In this document: one piece after another, positions 54,832 to 64,000 of the stretch
Layout: each line of letters opens with the position of its first letter
Position numbering within the stretch: position 1 is the stretch's first letter
IMG/VR virus record: IMGVR_UViG_3300012950_000001
Direction: 5' to 3' (one strand)
Origin: an uncultured virus (IMG/VR IMGVR_UViG_3300012950_000001)
Lineage: Duplodnaviria; Heunggongvirae; Uroviricota; Caudoviricetes
Length of the DNA stretch: 64,000 bases
Made by a program: the position numbers and the translations under genes
Notes under the pieces: generated by a model
What the model was told of the DNA's origin: nothing
The model's database searches: none
What the model saw: the letters and a program-made list of their open reading frames with translations, nothing else

Positions 54832-54871
54832 GTTAACTATTTTTTAAATAACACCTAAAGAGCATATAACA

Positions 54872-56269
54872 ATGCAACAAAACATCAATTATCAGGCGCT
54901 TACTGAAAAGTGGGCCCCGCTCCTCGATTACGACGGAGTAGATCCAATCAAAGATGCACACCGTAGAAATGTAACGGCTGTTCTTCTTGAGAACCAAGAG
55001 CAATGTCTCCGTGAGAACCAAGAATTCCTTGGAGAGGCTTCACCAACTAACTCTGCTGGAACAGGTGGATTTAGTGGTTCTTCAACACCATCTGGTCCAG
55101 TTGCAGGTTTCGACCCTGTACTGATCTCATTGATCCGTCGTGCAATGCCTAACTTGGTCGCTTATGACCTCGCTGGCGTACAACCAATGAGTGGTCCTAC
55201 TGGACTTATCTTCGCAATGCGTTCTCGCTACACGAATCAGAGTGGAACTGAAGCTCTATTCGATGAGCCAGATTCAGCATTCTCTGGACAGAACAGCGCT
55301 GAGAGCCTTACAGGAGGATTCTCTGACGGCAACGCTGGTTTCGGTACTACTTCTCAAAGTGGTTCTAACCCATCTGTTCTTAACCCAGTTGGTTCTGCTA
55401 CAACCTCTGCCTACGACGTAGGACAAGGTATGCAGACAGGAGACTCCGAAGCTTTAGGCGACGGTGCTTCTAACCATTTCCAAGAAATGGCCTTCAGCAT
55501 TGAGAAAGTAACAGTTACTGCGAAATCTCGTGCGCTAAAAGCTGAGTACAGTTTAGAATTGGCTCAGGACCTTAAGGCAATCCACGGACTAAACGCTGAG
55601 TCTGAACTCGCAAACATTCTCTCAACAGAGATTCTTGCTGAGATCAACCGTGAAGTTATCCGTACAATCTATAAGATTGCTGAACAGGGTGCAACAGTTA
55701 ATACTGCAACTGCTGGTGCTTTCGACTTAGACGTTGATAGTAATGGTCGTTGGTCAGTTGAGAAATTCAAGGGACTTCTCTTCCAAATCGAAAGAGATGC
55801 TAACCAGATCGCTCAAAGAACTCGTCGTGGAAAGGGTAACGTTGTCCTTTGCTCTGCTGACGTTGCTTCTGCATTGACAATGGCTGGAATCCTTGATTAC
55901 ACACCTGCACTTAATGCTAACTTGAACGTTGATGACACTGGCAATACATTTGCTGGAACATTGGCTGGTAAGTTTAAGGTCTATATTGACCCATTCGCTG
56001 CTAACAATAGTGCTGATCAGTACTATGTAATCGGTTACAAGGGATCTAACCCTTATGACGCTGGACTGTTCTACTGCCCATACGTTCCTCTTCAGATGGT
56101 TCGTGCAGTTGGACAAGACACCTTCCAACCAAAAATTGGCTTTAAGACTCGTTACGGAATCGTTGCAAACCCATTTGCCGAAGGTAACGTATCTAACCAA
56201 GGTCTTGGAAGACTTCTTGCTAACGCTAACCGTTACTACAGACGTGTTAAGGTTCAAAACCTTATGTAA
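54872..56269 (+). CDS. gp23: Major capsid protein gp23
   Basis: KW.PLL, GVQPM.GPTG..FA.R, AKSR.LKA.YS.ELAQDL.A.HG, EINRE, YCPYV, FQP..GFKTRYG. Confidence 0.98.
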   Translation: MQQNINYQALTEKWAPLLDYDGVDPIKDAHRRNVTAVLLENQEQCLRENQEFLGEASPTNSAGTGGFSGSSTPSGPVAGFDPVLISLIRRAMPNLVAYDLAGVQPMSGPTGLIFAMRSRYTNQSGTEALFDEPDSAFSGQNSAESLTGGFSDGNAGFGTTSQSGSNPSVLNPVGSATTSAYDVGQGMQTGDSEALGDGASNHFQEMAFSIEKVTVTAKSRALKAEYSLELAQDLKAIHGLNAESELANILSTEILAEINREVIRTIYKIAEQGATVNTATAGAFDLDVDSNGRWSVEKFKGLLFQIERDANQIAQRTRRGKGNVVLCSADVASALTMAGILDYTPALNANLNVDDTGNTFAGTLAGKFKVYIDPFAANNSADQYYVIGYKGSNPYDAGLFYCPYVPLQMVRAVGQDTFQPKIGFKTRYGIVANPFAEGNVSNQGLGRLLANANRYYRRVKVQNLM

Positions 56270-56298
56270 GACAGAAGGAAATAATTCCTTTATTCAAG

Positions 56299-56327
56299 AG
56301 AGACTCCTTTGGGGGGTCTCTTTTTTT
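56299..56327 (+). terminator. Rho-independent terminator after gp23
   Basis: AGAGACTCC...GGGGTCTCT stem followed by a T-tract. Confidence 0.85.
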
Positions 56328-56359
56328 GTGCCTATATACTAAACCATATTATTGTCATT

Positions 56360-56914
56360 ATGAATAAATGGATTGGCATTAGTTTGGGTGCGGTCATAGG
56401 ACTATCACATATTGGTATGATAGGTATGATATCCAGACAAAGTAAGTTTCCTGTAGTAAATGTTCCTGTTGGTCCTTATACATCTTATGAAGTAGAGGCA
56501 GGACAGAAAGGATATAGGATTCAATATCGTGCAAACGATCCCAAGGTGATGCATGTGGAACGGGATATAAAGAAGAAAGGTGGCTTTCTGGGATTGGGTA
56601 ACAACACCGTTAAAGTCAGGCAACAATACACAATGGATGGGATTCAGAACTTGGTTAATCCAGTGGGAGGACAACAAGACCCAAAGAATGTCGCCTGCAT
56701 CGAGGCAATCGGTGGTGGAAAGTCAACAGGAAAAATGGTCGGTGCTAGTGTTGGTGCTGCTGTGGCCCCTGCTCTCACTGGGATTCCCTTCGTTGGTTGG
56801 GTTCTTGCTGGAGCGGCTACGATGATGGGCATGGATGCAGGTTCTGATGTTGGTGGTACTATGGTTGAAAGTATCAATCCTAATTGTGATCCTCCAGAAT
56901 TACAAGATAAATAA
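56360..56914 (+). CDS. Hypothetical membrane protein with glycine-zipper C-terminus
   Basis: N-terminal hydrophobic helix (WIGISLGAVIGLSHIGMIG); GxxxG repeats GASVGAAV...GWVLAG...G...G...GG; start at 56360 because the 56309 start lies in the terminator. Confidence 0.7.
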   Translation: MNKWIGISLGAVIGLSHIGMIGMISRQSKFPVVNVPVGPYTSYEVEAGQKGYRIQYRANDPKVMHVERDIKKKGGFLGLGNNTVKVRQQYTMDGIQNLVNPVGGQQDPKNVACIEAIGGGKSTGKMVGASVGAAVAPALTGIPFVGWVLAGAATMMGMDAGSDVGGTMVESINPNCDPPELQDK

Positions 56915-56926
56915 AAGTAAAAGCCA

Positions 56927-57487
56927 ATGGCAACAACTGGATCTGGCAAGGCAACTGCCTGGGATAGACAATTAAAGAATAGGAACTTTCTATCCCCTGC
57001 TGGATTTAAGTTCAATTTGTCTAGAGCTCCAAAGGTTGATTTCTTTTCTAACTCTGTAACTATACCAAATATAAATTTGGGAGTTGCAATTCAAGCAAGT
57101 TATCTTAAGGATATACCAGTTCCTGGCGATAAAATATCTTATGGTGATCTTGAAGTACAGTTCTTTGTAGATGAAAATCTAGAGAATTATTTACAGGTAC
57201 ATGATTGGATTAGAGCCTTAGGTTTTCCAGAGTCAATAAATGAGACAATACCTTTAACAGTCAATCCAGATGATCTTGAAGGTAGTGCATATTCCGATGG
57301 AACACTATTGGTTTATAACAGTAGTTTCAATGCAGTAGCGAAAGTAACATTCCAAAGTCTTTTTCCTTCTTCATTAACCTCAGTGGAATTTAACGCTCAG
57401 ACTACTGATATAAATTATATTATGGCGACAGCCTCTTTCAAATATACTATTTTTAATGTGGAGAGTTTAGTAGGTAATGAATCTTGA
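56927..57487 (+). CDS. gp3: Tail completion/tube terminator gp3
   Basis: N.LSP.GF.F, IP.I.LG, PGD.I.Y.DL...F.VDE.L.NY..I..W, F...FP.SL. Confidence 0.88.
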   Translation: MATTGSGKATAWDRQLKNRNFLSPAGFKFNLSRAPKVDFFSNSVTIPNINLGVAIQASYLKDIPVPGDKISYGDLEVQFFVDENLENYLQVHDWIRALGFPESINETIPLTVNPDDLEGSAYSDGTLLVYNSSFNAVAKVTFQSLFPSSLTSVEFNAQTTDINYIMATASFKYTIFNVESLVGNES

Positions 57488-57905
57488 ATTTATACAGGAA
57501 CTTTGGGAAAAGGACTCTGTAATTGATAATGAATTATTGCACTCCGAATCAACAAGAGTGCCAGCTCTACATGCTAAGTATTATAAAATCTACAATAATA
57601 TCTTAACGCTTAAGAGAGCTCAAGAGACTAAGTATAAAGTTTTAAAGAAAGAGAAGTGGCAATATTATACAGGTAAAGCATCACCAGAGGTGTATCAAGA
57701 AAAACCTTTTGACTTTAAAGTCATAAAGTCTGACTTGGGAATATACTTTGATGGAGATGAGGATCTAATTAAATGTATTGCTAAGATAGATTACTATCAG
57801 ATAATGTTAGATTATCTTGATAGTATTTTAAAGGTTATATTGAATCGAACATACCAAATAAAGAATGCCATTGAATGGCAAAGATTTACGAGGGGTTATG
57901 ACTGA
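57477..57905 (+). CDS. uvsY: Recombination mediator UvsY
   Basis: D..ID...L..ES...P.LH.KY, YY.G, R.YQIKNAIEW..F..G; upstream of uvsW. Confidence 0.9.
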   Translation: MNLEFIQELWEKDSVIDNELLHSESTRVPALHAKYYKIYNNILTLKRAQETKYKVLKKEKWQYYTGKASPEVYQEKPFDFKVIKSDLGIYFDGDEDLIKCIAKIDYYQIMLDYLDSILKVILNRTYQIKNAIEWQRFTRGYD

Positions 57906-59358
57906 TCTTACTATTGCTAAGAAGAACGAGGTCTATCTAACTGTAGATGCACAACCTCATGTTCAACAGGAACTATCAGATTATTGTACGTTTGATGTCC
58001 CTGGCGCAAAGTTCATGCCTCAGTATAAGAGTAGGCATTGGGATGGTAAGATAAGATTATTTTCAACTGCTACTGGTGAGATATATGTTGGTCTTCTTGA
58101 TAAGGTTGTTGCATGGGCAAAGAAGTCAGAATATACAGTACAGTTTCTTAACAATGAACATTATGGACCACCCTTTGAACAGAACGAAGAGATATCAAAG
58201 ACTGGTGTAAAAGATTATATGGATTCAATCTCTCAAATTAAACCAAGAGATTATCAGATTGAAGGAGTATATGATGCATTAAAACATAATAGGAGACTAG
58301 TCATATCCCCTACGGGATCTGGTAAATCTTTAATGATATATTCTATTGCAAGATATCATGTTGGATATAAACGTAAAACTTTATTAGTTGTTCCAACAAC
58401 ATCTCTTGTTGAACAGATGTATAAAGACTTTGAACAGTATGGATGGGATTCTGAGAAATATTGTCATAAGGTATATTCTGGCCAGCATAAAAGTACCAAT
58501 AAAATTGTAACCATAACAACATGGCAATCAATCTATAAACTGGATAAGAAATGGTTTAGTCAATTTGATGTTATAATAGGAGATGAAGCACATCAATTTA
58601 AATCCAAATCATTAGTTGGTATCATGTCTAAACTTAGAGATACGAAATATAGATATGGTTTTACTGGAACTTTAAGTGGAGCACAGACACACAAGTGGGT
58701 ACTAGAAGGATTGTTTGGACCTAGTTATAGTGTAACCAGAACAAAAGATCTCATAGATAAAGGTCATTTATCTAAATTAGATATTAGAATATTAGTATTG
58801 AAACATGAACCTAGGACGTTTGATACCTATGAAGATGAAGTTCAATACATCATTTCACATGAGAAAAGAAATAATTTTATACGAGATTTATCTTTAACTC
58901 TAAAAGGTAACACTTTAATTCTTTACAGTAGGGTTGAAACCCACGGGGAAATATTATATAATTCTATAAATAGTTCGGTAGATGATGTACGTAAGGTCTT
59001 TTTTATCCACGGTGGTGTAGATGTTGAAGATCGAGAGTCCGTCAGAGAAATAACGGAGAACGAAGAAAATGCTATCATTGTTGCGTCTTACGGGACTTTC
59101 AGTACTGGTATTAACATTAAGCGTTTGCACAATATCGTGTTCGCAAGCCCCAGTAAGTCCAGAATTAGAAACCTCCAGTCAATCGGTAGAGTCTTAAGAA
59201 AAGGAAAAGGTAAGGTACGAGCTATGCTTTATGACATAGCTGATGATACAACCTGTGATCATATTCGTAATTATACATTGAATCACTTAGTTGAAAGGAT
59301 CAAGGTGTATAATGAAGAGAAATTTAATTATGAATTTAACTCAATAAGGCTGAAATAA
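57898..59358 (+). CDS. uvsW: SF2 DNA helicase UvsW
   Basis: WDGKIRL, PTGSGKS, DEAH, TGT, STGINI, QSIGR.LR; probable ATG at 57898. Confidence 0.95.
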   Translation: MTDLTIAKKNEVYLTVDAQPHVQQELSDYCTFDVPGAKFMPQYKSRHWDGKIRLFSTATGEIYVGLLDKVVAWAKKSEYTVQFLNNEHYGPPFEQNEEISKTGVKDYMDSISQIKPRDYQIEGVYDALKHNRRLVISPTGSGKSLMIYSIARYHVGYKRKTLLVVPTTSLVEQMYKDFEQYGWDSEKYCHKVYSGQHKSTNKIVTITTWQSIYKLDKKWFSQFDVIIGDEAHQFKSKSLVGIMSKLRDTKYRYGFTGTLSGAQTHKWVLEGLFGPSYSVTRTKDLIDKGHLSKLDIRILVLKHEPRTFDTYEDEVQYIISHEKRNNFIRDLSLTLKGNTLILYSRVETHGEILYNSINSSVDDVRKVFFIHGGVDVEDRESVREITENEENAIIVASYGTFSTGINIKRLHNIVFASPSKSRIRNLQSIGRVLRKGKGKVRAMLYDIADDTTCDHIRNYTLNHLVERIKVYNEEKFNYEFNSIRLK

Positions 59359-59359
59359 T

Positions 59360-59770
59360 ATGGACGAAGAATTCTATGGATCGATAAAATTGGTTTCTGG
59401 CGAAGAGATCTTCGCTGAAGTTCTTCCTGTGGAAGAAAATGGTCGCACCGTTTTGGTTTTGTCGGACCCCGTAGAAATTGAAACTGTTGCAGTTAATGGA
59501 TCTGCTGAAGGTCTAAGAATGATGCCTTGGTTACGTAGCATCCCTAAAGAGGGACTAGTAATCATTCCTATGGATAAAGTTATTACAGTAGTAGAAGCTT
59601 CTGAAGATTCTGAAGTAGTTTCTTACTATACAAAATTTGTTATGGCTAATTTTACTAATGGTTCTGAAAGAATTAAAGTAACCAAGAAGATGGGTTATTT
59701 AAATTCTGTCGAGAAGGCTAGAGAACAATTAGAGAAGCTTTATAACAATACTCCAAATACACCAGATTAG
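59360..59770 (+). CDS. Conserved cyanophage hypothetical protein (Sm-like fold suspected)
   Basis: IKL.SGEEI...V, L..P, PW; usual position between uvsW and gp55. Confidence 0.7.
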   Translation: MDEEFYGSIKLVSGEEIFAEVLPVEENGRTVLVLSDPVEIETVAVNGSAEGLRMMPWLRSIPKEGLVIIPMDKVITVVEASEDSEVVSYYTKFVMANFTNGSERIKVTKKMGYLNSVEKAREQLEKLYNNTPNTPD

Positions 59771-59817
59771 CATCCCTTTGAACCCTGGCAGAGTTATCAT
59801 ACTGATAAACGGGGGAC

Positions 59818-59846
59818 TTGTCAAGTAGGTATAATTATGGTAGTAT
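59818..59846 (+). promoter_or_regulatory. Sigma70-type promoter for gp55 (TTGTCA-N17-TAGTAT, extended -10 TG)
   Basis: -35 at 59818-59823, TG at 59838-59839, -10 at 59841-59846. Confidence 0.6.
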
Positions 59847-59875
59847 ATAAACAAAGTTAGATTGTCAAAGATGAT

Positions 59876-60358
59876 ATGCCCGCAGCAAAAGGCCGAAAGA
59901 GATCAGAACACTATGTAAATAACAAGGAATTTCTGTACGCTATCGTACAGTATAAAACGGATGTAAAGGAAGCTTTAGAAAAAGGTGATCCTAAACCACG
60001 TATTAGTAATTACCTTGGTGAGTGTTTCTTAAAGATTGCGACACACCTGTCGTACAAACCAAACTTCGTGAATTACATGTTTAGGGAGGATATGATTTGT
60101 GATGGAATTGAAAATTGCGTTCAATACATACATAACTTTAATCCAGAGAAATCTACAAACCCTTTTGCTTACTTCACCCAGATTATACACTACGCATTTC
60201 TTCGGAGGATCCAGAAAGAGAAGAAACAAATGGAGATCCGTACAAAAATCATTGAGAAGTCGGGGTACGATGAAGTATTCACTGTTGATGATGATTACGG
60301 CAGTCCTTCTGACTACAATTCTATAAAGGAAGCAGTTCAAACGAAGATGTATCAATGA
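59876..60358 (+). CDS. gp55: Late-transcription sigma factor gp55
   Basis: HYVNN.EF, IA..LS...NF..Y....DMI.DG.E, NF.P.K..NPFAY.TQI...AF..RI.KE. Confidence 0.95.
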   Translation: MPAAKGRKRSEHYVNNKEFLYAIVQYKTDVKEALEKGDPKPRISNYLGECFLKIATHLSYKPNFVNYMFREDMICDGIENCVQYIHNFNPEKSTNPFAYFTQIIHYAFLRRIQKEKKQMEIRTKIIEKSGYDEVFTVDDDYGSPSDYNSIKEAVQTKMYQ

Positions 60359-60522
60359 AGATCACCCAAAAGATTATTGATGACCTGACTGAGGCATTGG
60401 CACATACCAAGAAGGATGGTACTGAGAATTGGAAAGATGGGGATGATATAGATGTATGTCTTGCTGGCACCTTTGCTAACGATAAATTCATTAGTCTTAT
60501 TAATAGATCTAAAGACAAATGA
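60355..60522 (+). CDS. 55-aa hypothetical protein (not in the ORF track)
   Basis: MKITQKIIDDLTEALAHTKKDGTENWKDGDDIDVCLAGTFANDKFISLINRSKDK; ATGA overlaps at both ends and fills the gp55-gp47 gap exactly. Confidence 0.7.
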   Translation: MKITQKIIDDLTEALAHTKKDGTENWKDGDDIDVCLAGTFANDKFISLINRSKDK

Positions 60523-61562
60523 AGATTGCAATTATAACTGACACTCACTTTGGTGGAAGGAGGGGGAGCAAAACTTTTCATGAGTTCTGGCAAAAATTTT
60601 ATGATAATGTTTTCTTTCCTGAGTTAGAGAAGAGGGATATAAAGTATTGCATCCACATGGGTGATGCTTTTGATAATAGAAAGAATGTAGATTACTGGTC
60701 TCTTAATTGGGCAAAAGAGAACGTATATGATAAGTTTAAAAATCTAGGTGTAAAAGTTTGGCAACTTGTAGGTAATCACGATGTTTATTATAAGAATACC
60801 AATAAGATTAACTCTGTTGATTCTCTTCTATGCAGTTACGATAACATTGTCCCTATATCTAAGCCTGGAGAATATGATATTAACGGGTTCAAAGCCTTCA
60901 TGCTCCCTTGGATCTGTGAAGACAATTTTATAGAAACTGAATCTGCTATTGCATCCACGGAATCTAAGATTGCTTTTGGCCACTTAGAGTTGCATGGGTT
61001 TGAATTGTATCCAGGCTGTGTTCAACAGAGAGGTATTGATAAGGAAATTATTTCCAAGTTTGATACAGTATTCTCAGGACACTATCATACTAGAAGTAAT
61101 GATGGTCAAACCTTTTACTTAGGTAATCCATATGAGATGCATTGGAATGACTGTGGTGATAAGAGGGGGTTTAATATTCTTGATACGGATGATATGACTA
61201 TTGAGTTTGTTGAGAACCCATATCATATATTTGAGAAGATATATTATGAAGATACTCCCGCTGCTGCCTTTCCTGCACATCGGTATCAGGATAAGATTGT
61301 TAAATTAATTGTCAGGAAGAAAACAAATCAGTTGCAATATCAGAAGTTTGTTGATAGACTGCTTGACTCTGGGGTATCGGACCTCAAAATTATAGAAAAC
61401 ACGGAGATCAATGATGCAGAGGTAGAGTTTGATGGCGAAAAGGTAGAGGATACCTTAACACTCTTAAATAAATATATTGAAGATTCAGATTTTGAACTTA
61501 AGAAGGACCGAGTAAAGGAACTTTTAAAGGAAGTCTACATGGAAGCTTGCGAAATGGTTTGA
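60519..61562 (+). CDS. gp47: Recombination endonuclease subunit gp47 (Mre11/SbcD-like)
   Basis: D.H.G, GD.FD.R, GNHD, GH.E, SGHYH metallophosphoesterase motifs. Confidence 0.95.
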   Translation: MKIAIITDTHFGGRRGSKTFHEFWQKFYDNVFFPELEKRDIKYCIHMGDAFDNRKNVDYWSLNWAKENVYDKFKNLGVKVWQLVGNHDVYYKNTNKINSVDSLLCSYDNIVPISKPGEYDINGFKAFMLPWICEDNFIETESAIASTESKIAFGHLELHGFELYPGCVQQRGIDKEIISKFDTVFSGHYHTRSNDGQTFYLGNPYEMHWNDCGDKRGFNILDTDDMTIEFVENPYHIFEKIYYEDTPAAAFPAHRYQDKIVKLIVRKKTNQLQYQKFVDRLLDSGVSDLKIIENTEINDAEVEFDGEKVEDTLTLLNKYIEDSDFELKKDRVKELLKEVYMEACEMV

Positions 61563-61565
61563 CGT

Positions 61566-61853
61566 ATGTTTATACTATCCCTTTCTGGACAAGAAGGCTT
61601 AGGAGCCTATGCTTGTAAAGACGATCAAGGCAATCAAGCTTTGTATTTGTTCCAGCAAGAGGATGATGCAACAAGGTATATGGGTCTCCTAGAAGCAGAT
61701 GACTCAGCACCATTATCAGTAGTCGAAATAGACGACCAACTTGCTTTTGAAACTTGCAAAAACCACAACTACAGATATGTTATCATCACTCCTGATGATA
61801 TTGTGATACCACCAACTGATTATGATTACATTCAAGACGATACGGTGGCGTAA
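61566..61853 (+). CDS. Conserved cyanophage hypothetical protein between gp47 and gp46
   Basis: GAY, L..F....DA.RY...L, C-terminal D.VIPP; tight packing. Confidence 0.7.
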   Translation: MFILSLSGQEGLGAYACKDDQGNQALYLFQQEDDATRYMGLLEADDSAPLSVVEIDDQLAFETCKNHNYRYVIITPDDIVIPPTDYDYIQDDTVA

Positions 61854-63534
61854 CTTTCTATCCACAGGTAATATGTGGATTGAGATTGATATTACAAAAT
61901 CTACTACAAATTTAATAGTTGGTGCGAATGGTGCTGGAAAGAGTACTATTTTAGATGCATTGTGTTTTGTTTTATTCAACAAACCTTTTAGAAAGATATC
62001 AAAAGGTCAGTTGGTTAATACAATGAATGAGAAGGAATGTGAAGTACAAGTATCATTTTCTATAAGTTCTAGAGATTATCAGATCGTTAGGGGAATAAAG
62101 CCAAATTTATTTGAGATCTATATTGATGGAAAGCTTCAAGACCAGTTTGCTTCTGCTATAGATCAACAGAAACATCTTGAAGATAATATTTTAAAACTTA
62201 ATTTCAAGTCATTTACACAGACGGTCATCTTAGGTTCTGCAACCTTTGTACCATTCATGCAATTAAAATCCTCACATAGGAGAGAGATTGTTGAGGATCT
62301 TTTAGACATTAAGATATTCTCAGGTATGTCGACTATCCTTAGAGAAAGGATGCGTGGCATAAATGAAACAATAAGGGAACTCTCTGTTAAGAAAGATATT
62401 GCAGAAGAGAAGATCCAGATGCAAAAGAGTTTTATTGCGGATCTTGATAGAAAGAGTAAAGATACTATTAAGAATAGAGAGGGAAGGTTAGATGGCCTTC
62501 ATAAGGATATTAAAGAGTTGTTAAAAGAGAATGAGGATTATCTTAGTAAGTCCAAGTCTCATCAAGAAGAGTTACAGACTTTATCTTCTTCAAAGACTGC
62601 TCTTAAAAAGATGAATACAATCCAGGCTAAACTGGATCAACGGATACAAACTATAACATCAGAACATAAATTTTTTAATGATAATACGGTTTGTCCTACA
62701 TGCGAACAGGATATCCAAGAGGACTTTAGGCTAAATAGGGTGGGTGAAATCGAGGAGAAGGTAAATGAGATTAACTCCGCTTACAAGGATCTTCAAAAGT
62801 CTATAACCAAAGAACAAGAAAAGAACCAAAGGTTTATAGATGTCTCTCAGCAGGTCACACAATTAACGAATGACGTTTCAACAAACAATTTTAAAGTATC
62901 TGAATATCAACGACAAATCAGAGAATTTGAACAAGAAGTTCAAGACATTACCGATCAGATTGCAGACAGAGATACTGAAAGATCTACCCTTGAGAAACTG
63001 CAAACAGACCTGAAGGAAGCAGAAAGTAATAAGTCCATACAAACAGAAGACATGTCTTACTTGGAGTTTGCAAGCTCTTTGATGAGAGATGGTGGGGTCA
63101 AGTCTAAAATTATTAAGAGATATCTTCCTATAATGAATAAGCAGATAAATCATTATCTGCAATTGATGGATTTCTATATTAATTTTACTCTTGATGGTGA
63201 GTTTAATGAAATAATAAAGTCACCTATCCATGAGAAATTCAGTTACGAGTCCTTCTCTGAAGGTGAAAAAATGCGAATTGATCTTGCTCTTCTCTTTACT
63301 TGGAGAGATATTGCTAAGATGAAAAATTCTTCTTCCACCAACCTATTGATCCTTGATGAGATCTTTGATAGTTCATTGGACAATGGTGGTACAGACGAGT
63401 TTGTAAAGATAATTAGATATGTAATTAAGGATGCTCACATCTTTTTAATTACACACAAGTCGGAGGATTTGAACGATAGGTTTGATAACCTTATTACTTT
63501 TGAGAAACTCAATGGGTTTAGTAAGATGGTATAG
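61822..63534 (+). CDS. gp46: Recombination endonuclease subunit gp46 (Rad50/SbcC-like ATPase)
   Basis: NFLS.GN, G.NGAGKST Walker A, CPTC zinc hook, FSEGEK signature, LDE..D, H. Confidence 0.96.
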   Translation: MITFKTIRWRNFLSTGNMWIEIDITKSTTNLIVGANGAGKSTILDALCFVLFNKPFRKISKGQLVNTMNEKECEVQVSFSISSRDYQIVRGIKPNLFEIYIDGKLQDQFASAIDQQKHLEDNILKLNFKSFTQTVILGSATFVPFMQLKSSHRREIVEDLLDIKIFSGMSTILRERMRGINETIRELSVKKDIAEEKIQMQKSFIADLDRKSKDTIKNREGRLDGLHKDIKELLKENEDYLSKSKSHQEELQTLSSSKTALKKMNTIQAKLDQRIQTITSEHKFFNDNTVCPTCEQDIQEDFRLNRVGEIEEKVNEINSAYKDLQKSITKEQEKNQRFIDVSQQVTQLTNDVSTNNFKVSEYQRQIREFEQEVQDITDQIADRDTERSTLEKLQTDLKEAESNKSIQTEDMSYLEFASSLMRDGGVKSKIIKRYLPIMNKQINHYLQLMDFYINFTLDGEFNEIIKSPIHEKFSYESFSEGEKMRIDLALLFTWRDIAKMKNSSSTNLLILDEIFDSSLDNGGTDEFVKIIRYVIKDAHIFLITHKSEDLNDRFDNLITFEKLNGFSKMV

Positions 63535-63592
63535 ACAGTTGTAGAAGCTGCACACCATTGTCCCATTACCCTCTAGATGCTGTTATTATAAG
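63534..63592 (+). promoter_or_regulatory. Putative early (host sigma70) promoter with upstream cyanophage-type motif
   Basis: GACAGTT...GCTGCACAC element, then extended -10 TG-T-TATTAT (63581-63589), then GAGGA RBS. Confidence 0.45.
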
Positions 63593-63610
63593 TGCATACA
63601 AGAGGACAAG

Positions 63611-64000
63611 ATGTTTTACGGATTTAGATCAAGCAGACCAAAAGTTAAGTCTTCCGTGAATTATGAGGTCAAAGGACAACTAGCTAAATTGCTTGCTACC
63701 GAAGACATCATAATCGAGAATCGCAAGGTCCCCACGGCTTCATTTGATGTGGTTAGAAGGATTCTTACCCTCCCACTATGGGAGAAGGCTTCTGAGGTCG
63801 TATATGACCTTTTGGTAGGACATGAAGTTGGCCATGCATTATATACTCCTGATGAAAATTGGAAACTAAAGTATCCAAAAATCCCAATGTCCTTTGTTAA
63901 TATTCTTGAGGACGTTAGGATTGAGAAGTTGATGAAACGTAAGTATCCTGGCCTTATAAAGACATTTCGTAAAGGGTATTCTCAACTAAGTGATATGGAC
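63611..64000 (+). CDS. HExxH metallopeptidase-like protein (3'-truncated)
   Basis: LA.LLATE.I...., TA.FD...R.L.LP.W, GHEVGHAL.T, N..ED.RIE; frame open to the window end. Confidence 0.8.
   Translation, partial: MFYGFRSSRPKVKSSVNYEVKGQLAKLLATEDIIIENRKVPTASFDVVRRILTLPLWEKASEVVYDLLVGHEVGHALYTPDENWKLKYPKIPMSFVNILEDVRIEKLMKRKYPGLIKTFRKGYSQLSDMD

Noticed and set aside
55754..56257. Antisense ORFs over gp23 and other structural genes (also 5109-5513, 17152-17655, 56644-57015)
   Set aside because: Typical antisense shadows of biased coding sequence, with no RBS or motifs.
45705..56269. Introns, inteins or homing endonucleases in gp17, gp20 or gp23
   Set aside because: ORFs are continuous and of expected size; the 77-aa Zn-finger ORF lacks a nuclease domain.
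1..64000. tRNA, rRNA, CRISPR arrays, IS elements
   Set aside because: Intergenic gaps are short (mostly <100 nt), and I saw no cloverleaf, spacer-repeat array or transposase.

Overview
Structural/morphogenesis region of a large T4-like marine cyanomyophage (P-SSM2/S-SM-like gene order; host probably Prochlorococcus or Synechococcus, by inference). From left to right: 3' part of a giant gp7-like baseplate wedge gene, gp8, a VrlC-like protein, several virion and tail-fibre genes, and three Cys/Gly-rich paralogues with a fibre chaperone. An ~11 kb accessory island follows (GT9-like glycosyltransferase, carbamoyltransferase, two flavin-dependent halogenases, three 2OG-Fe(II) oxygenases, and an NDP-heptose pathway lacking GmhA but carrying a cupin). 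Then come gp13-gp23, gp3, uvsY, uvsW, gp55, gp47, gp46 and the start of an HExxH protein. Main unexplained signals: (1) inside the 1569-aa virion gene, 18906-20774 contains only one TAA/TAG/TGA trinucleotide on the + strand in any frame, and 17576-18011 contains none, so all three forward frames are essentially open; (2) the island looks like a tailoring cluster next to the Cys-rich fibre-tip genes; (3) every CCWGG I found occurs as GCCWGG or CCWGGC. All calls come from motif recognition and synteny by eye; no searches were run.
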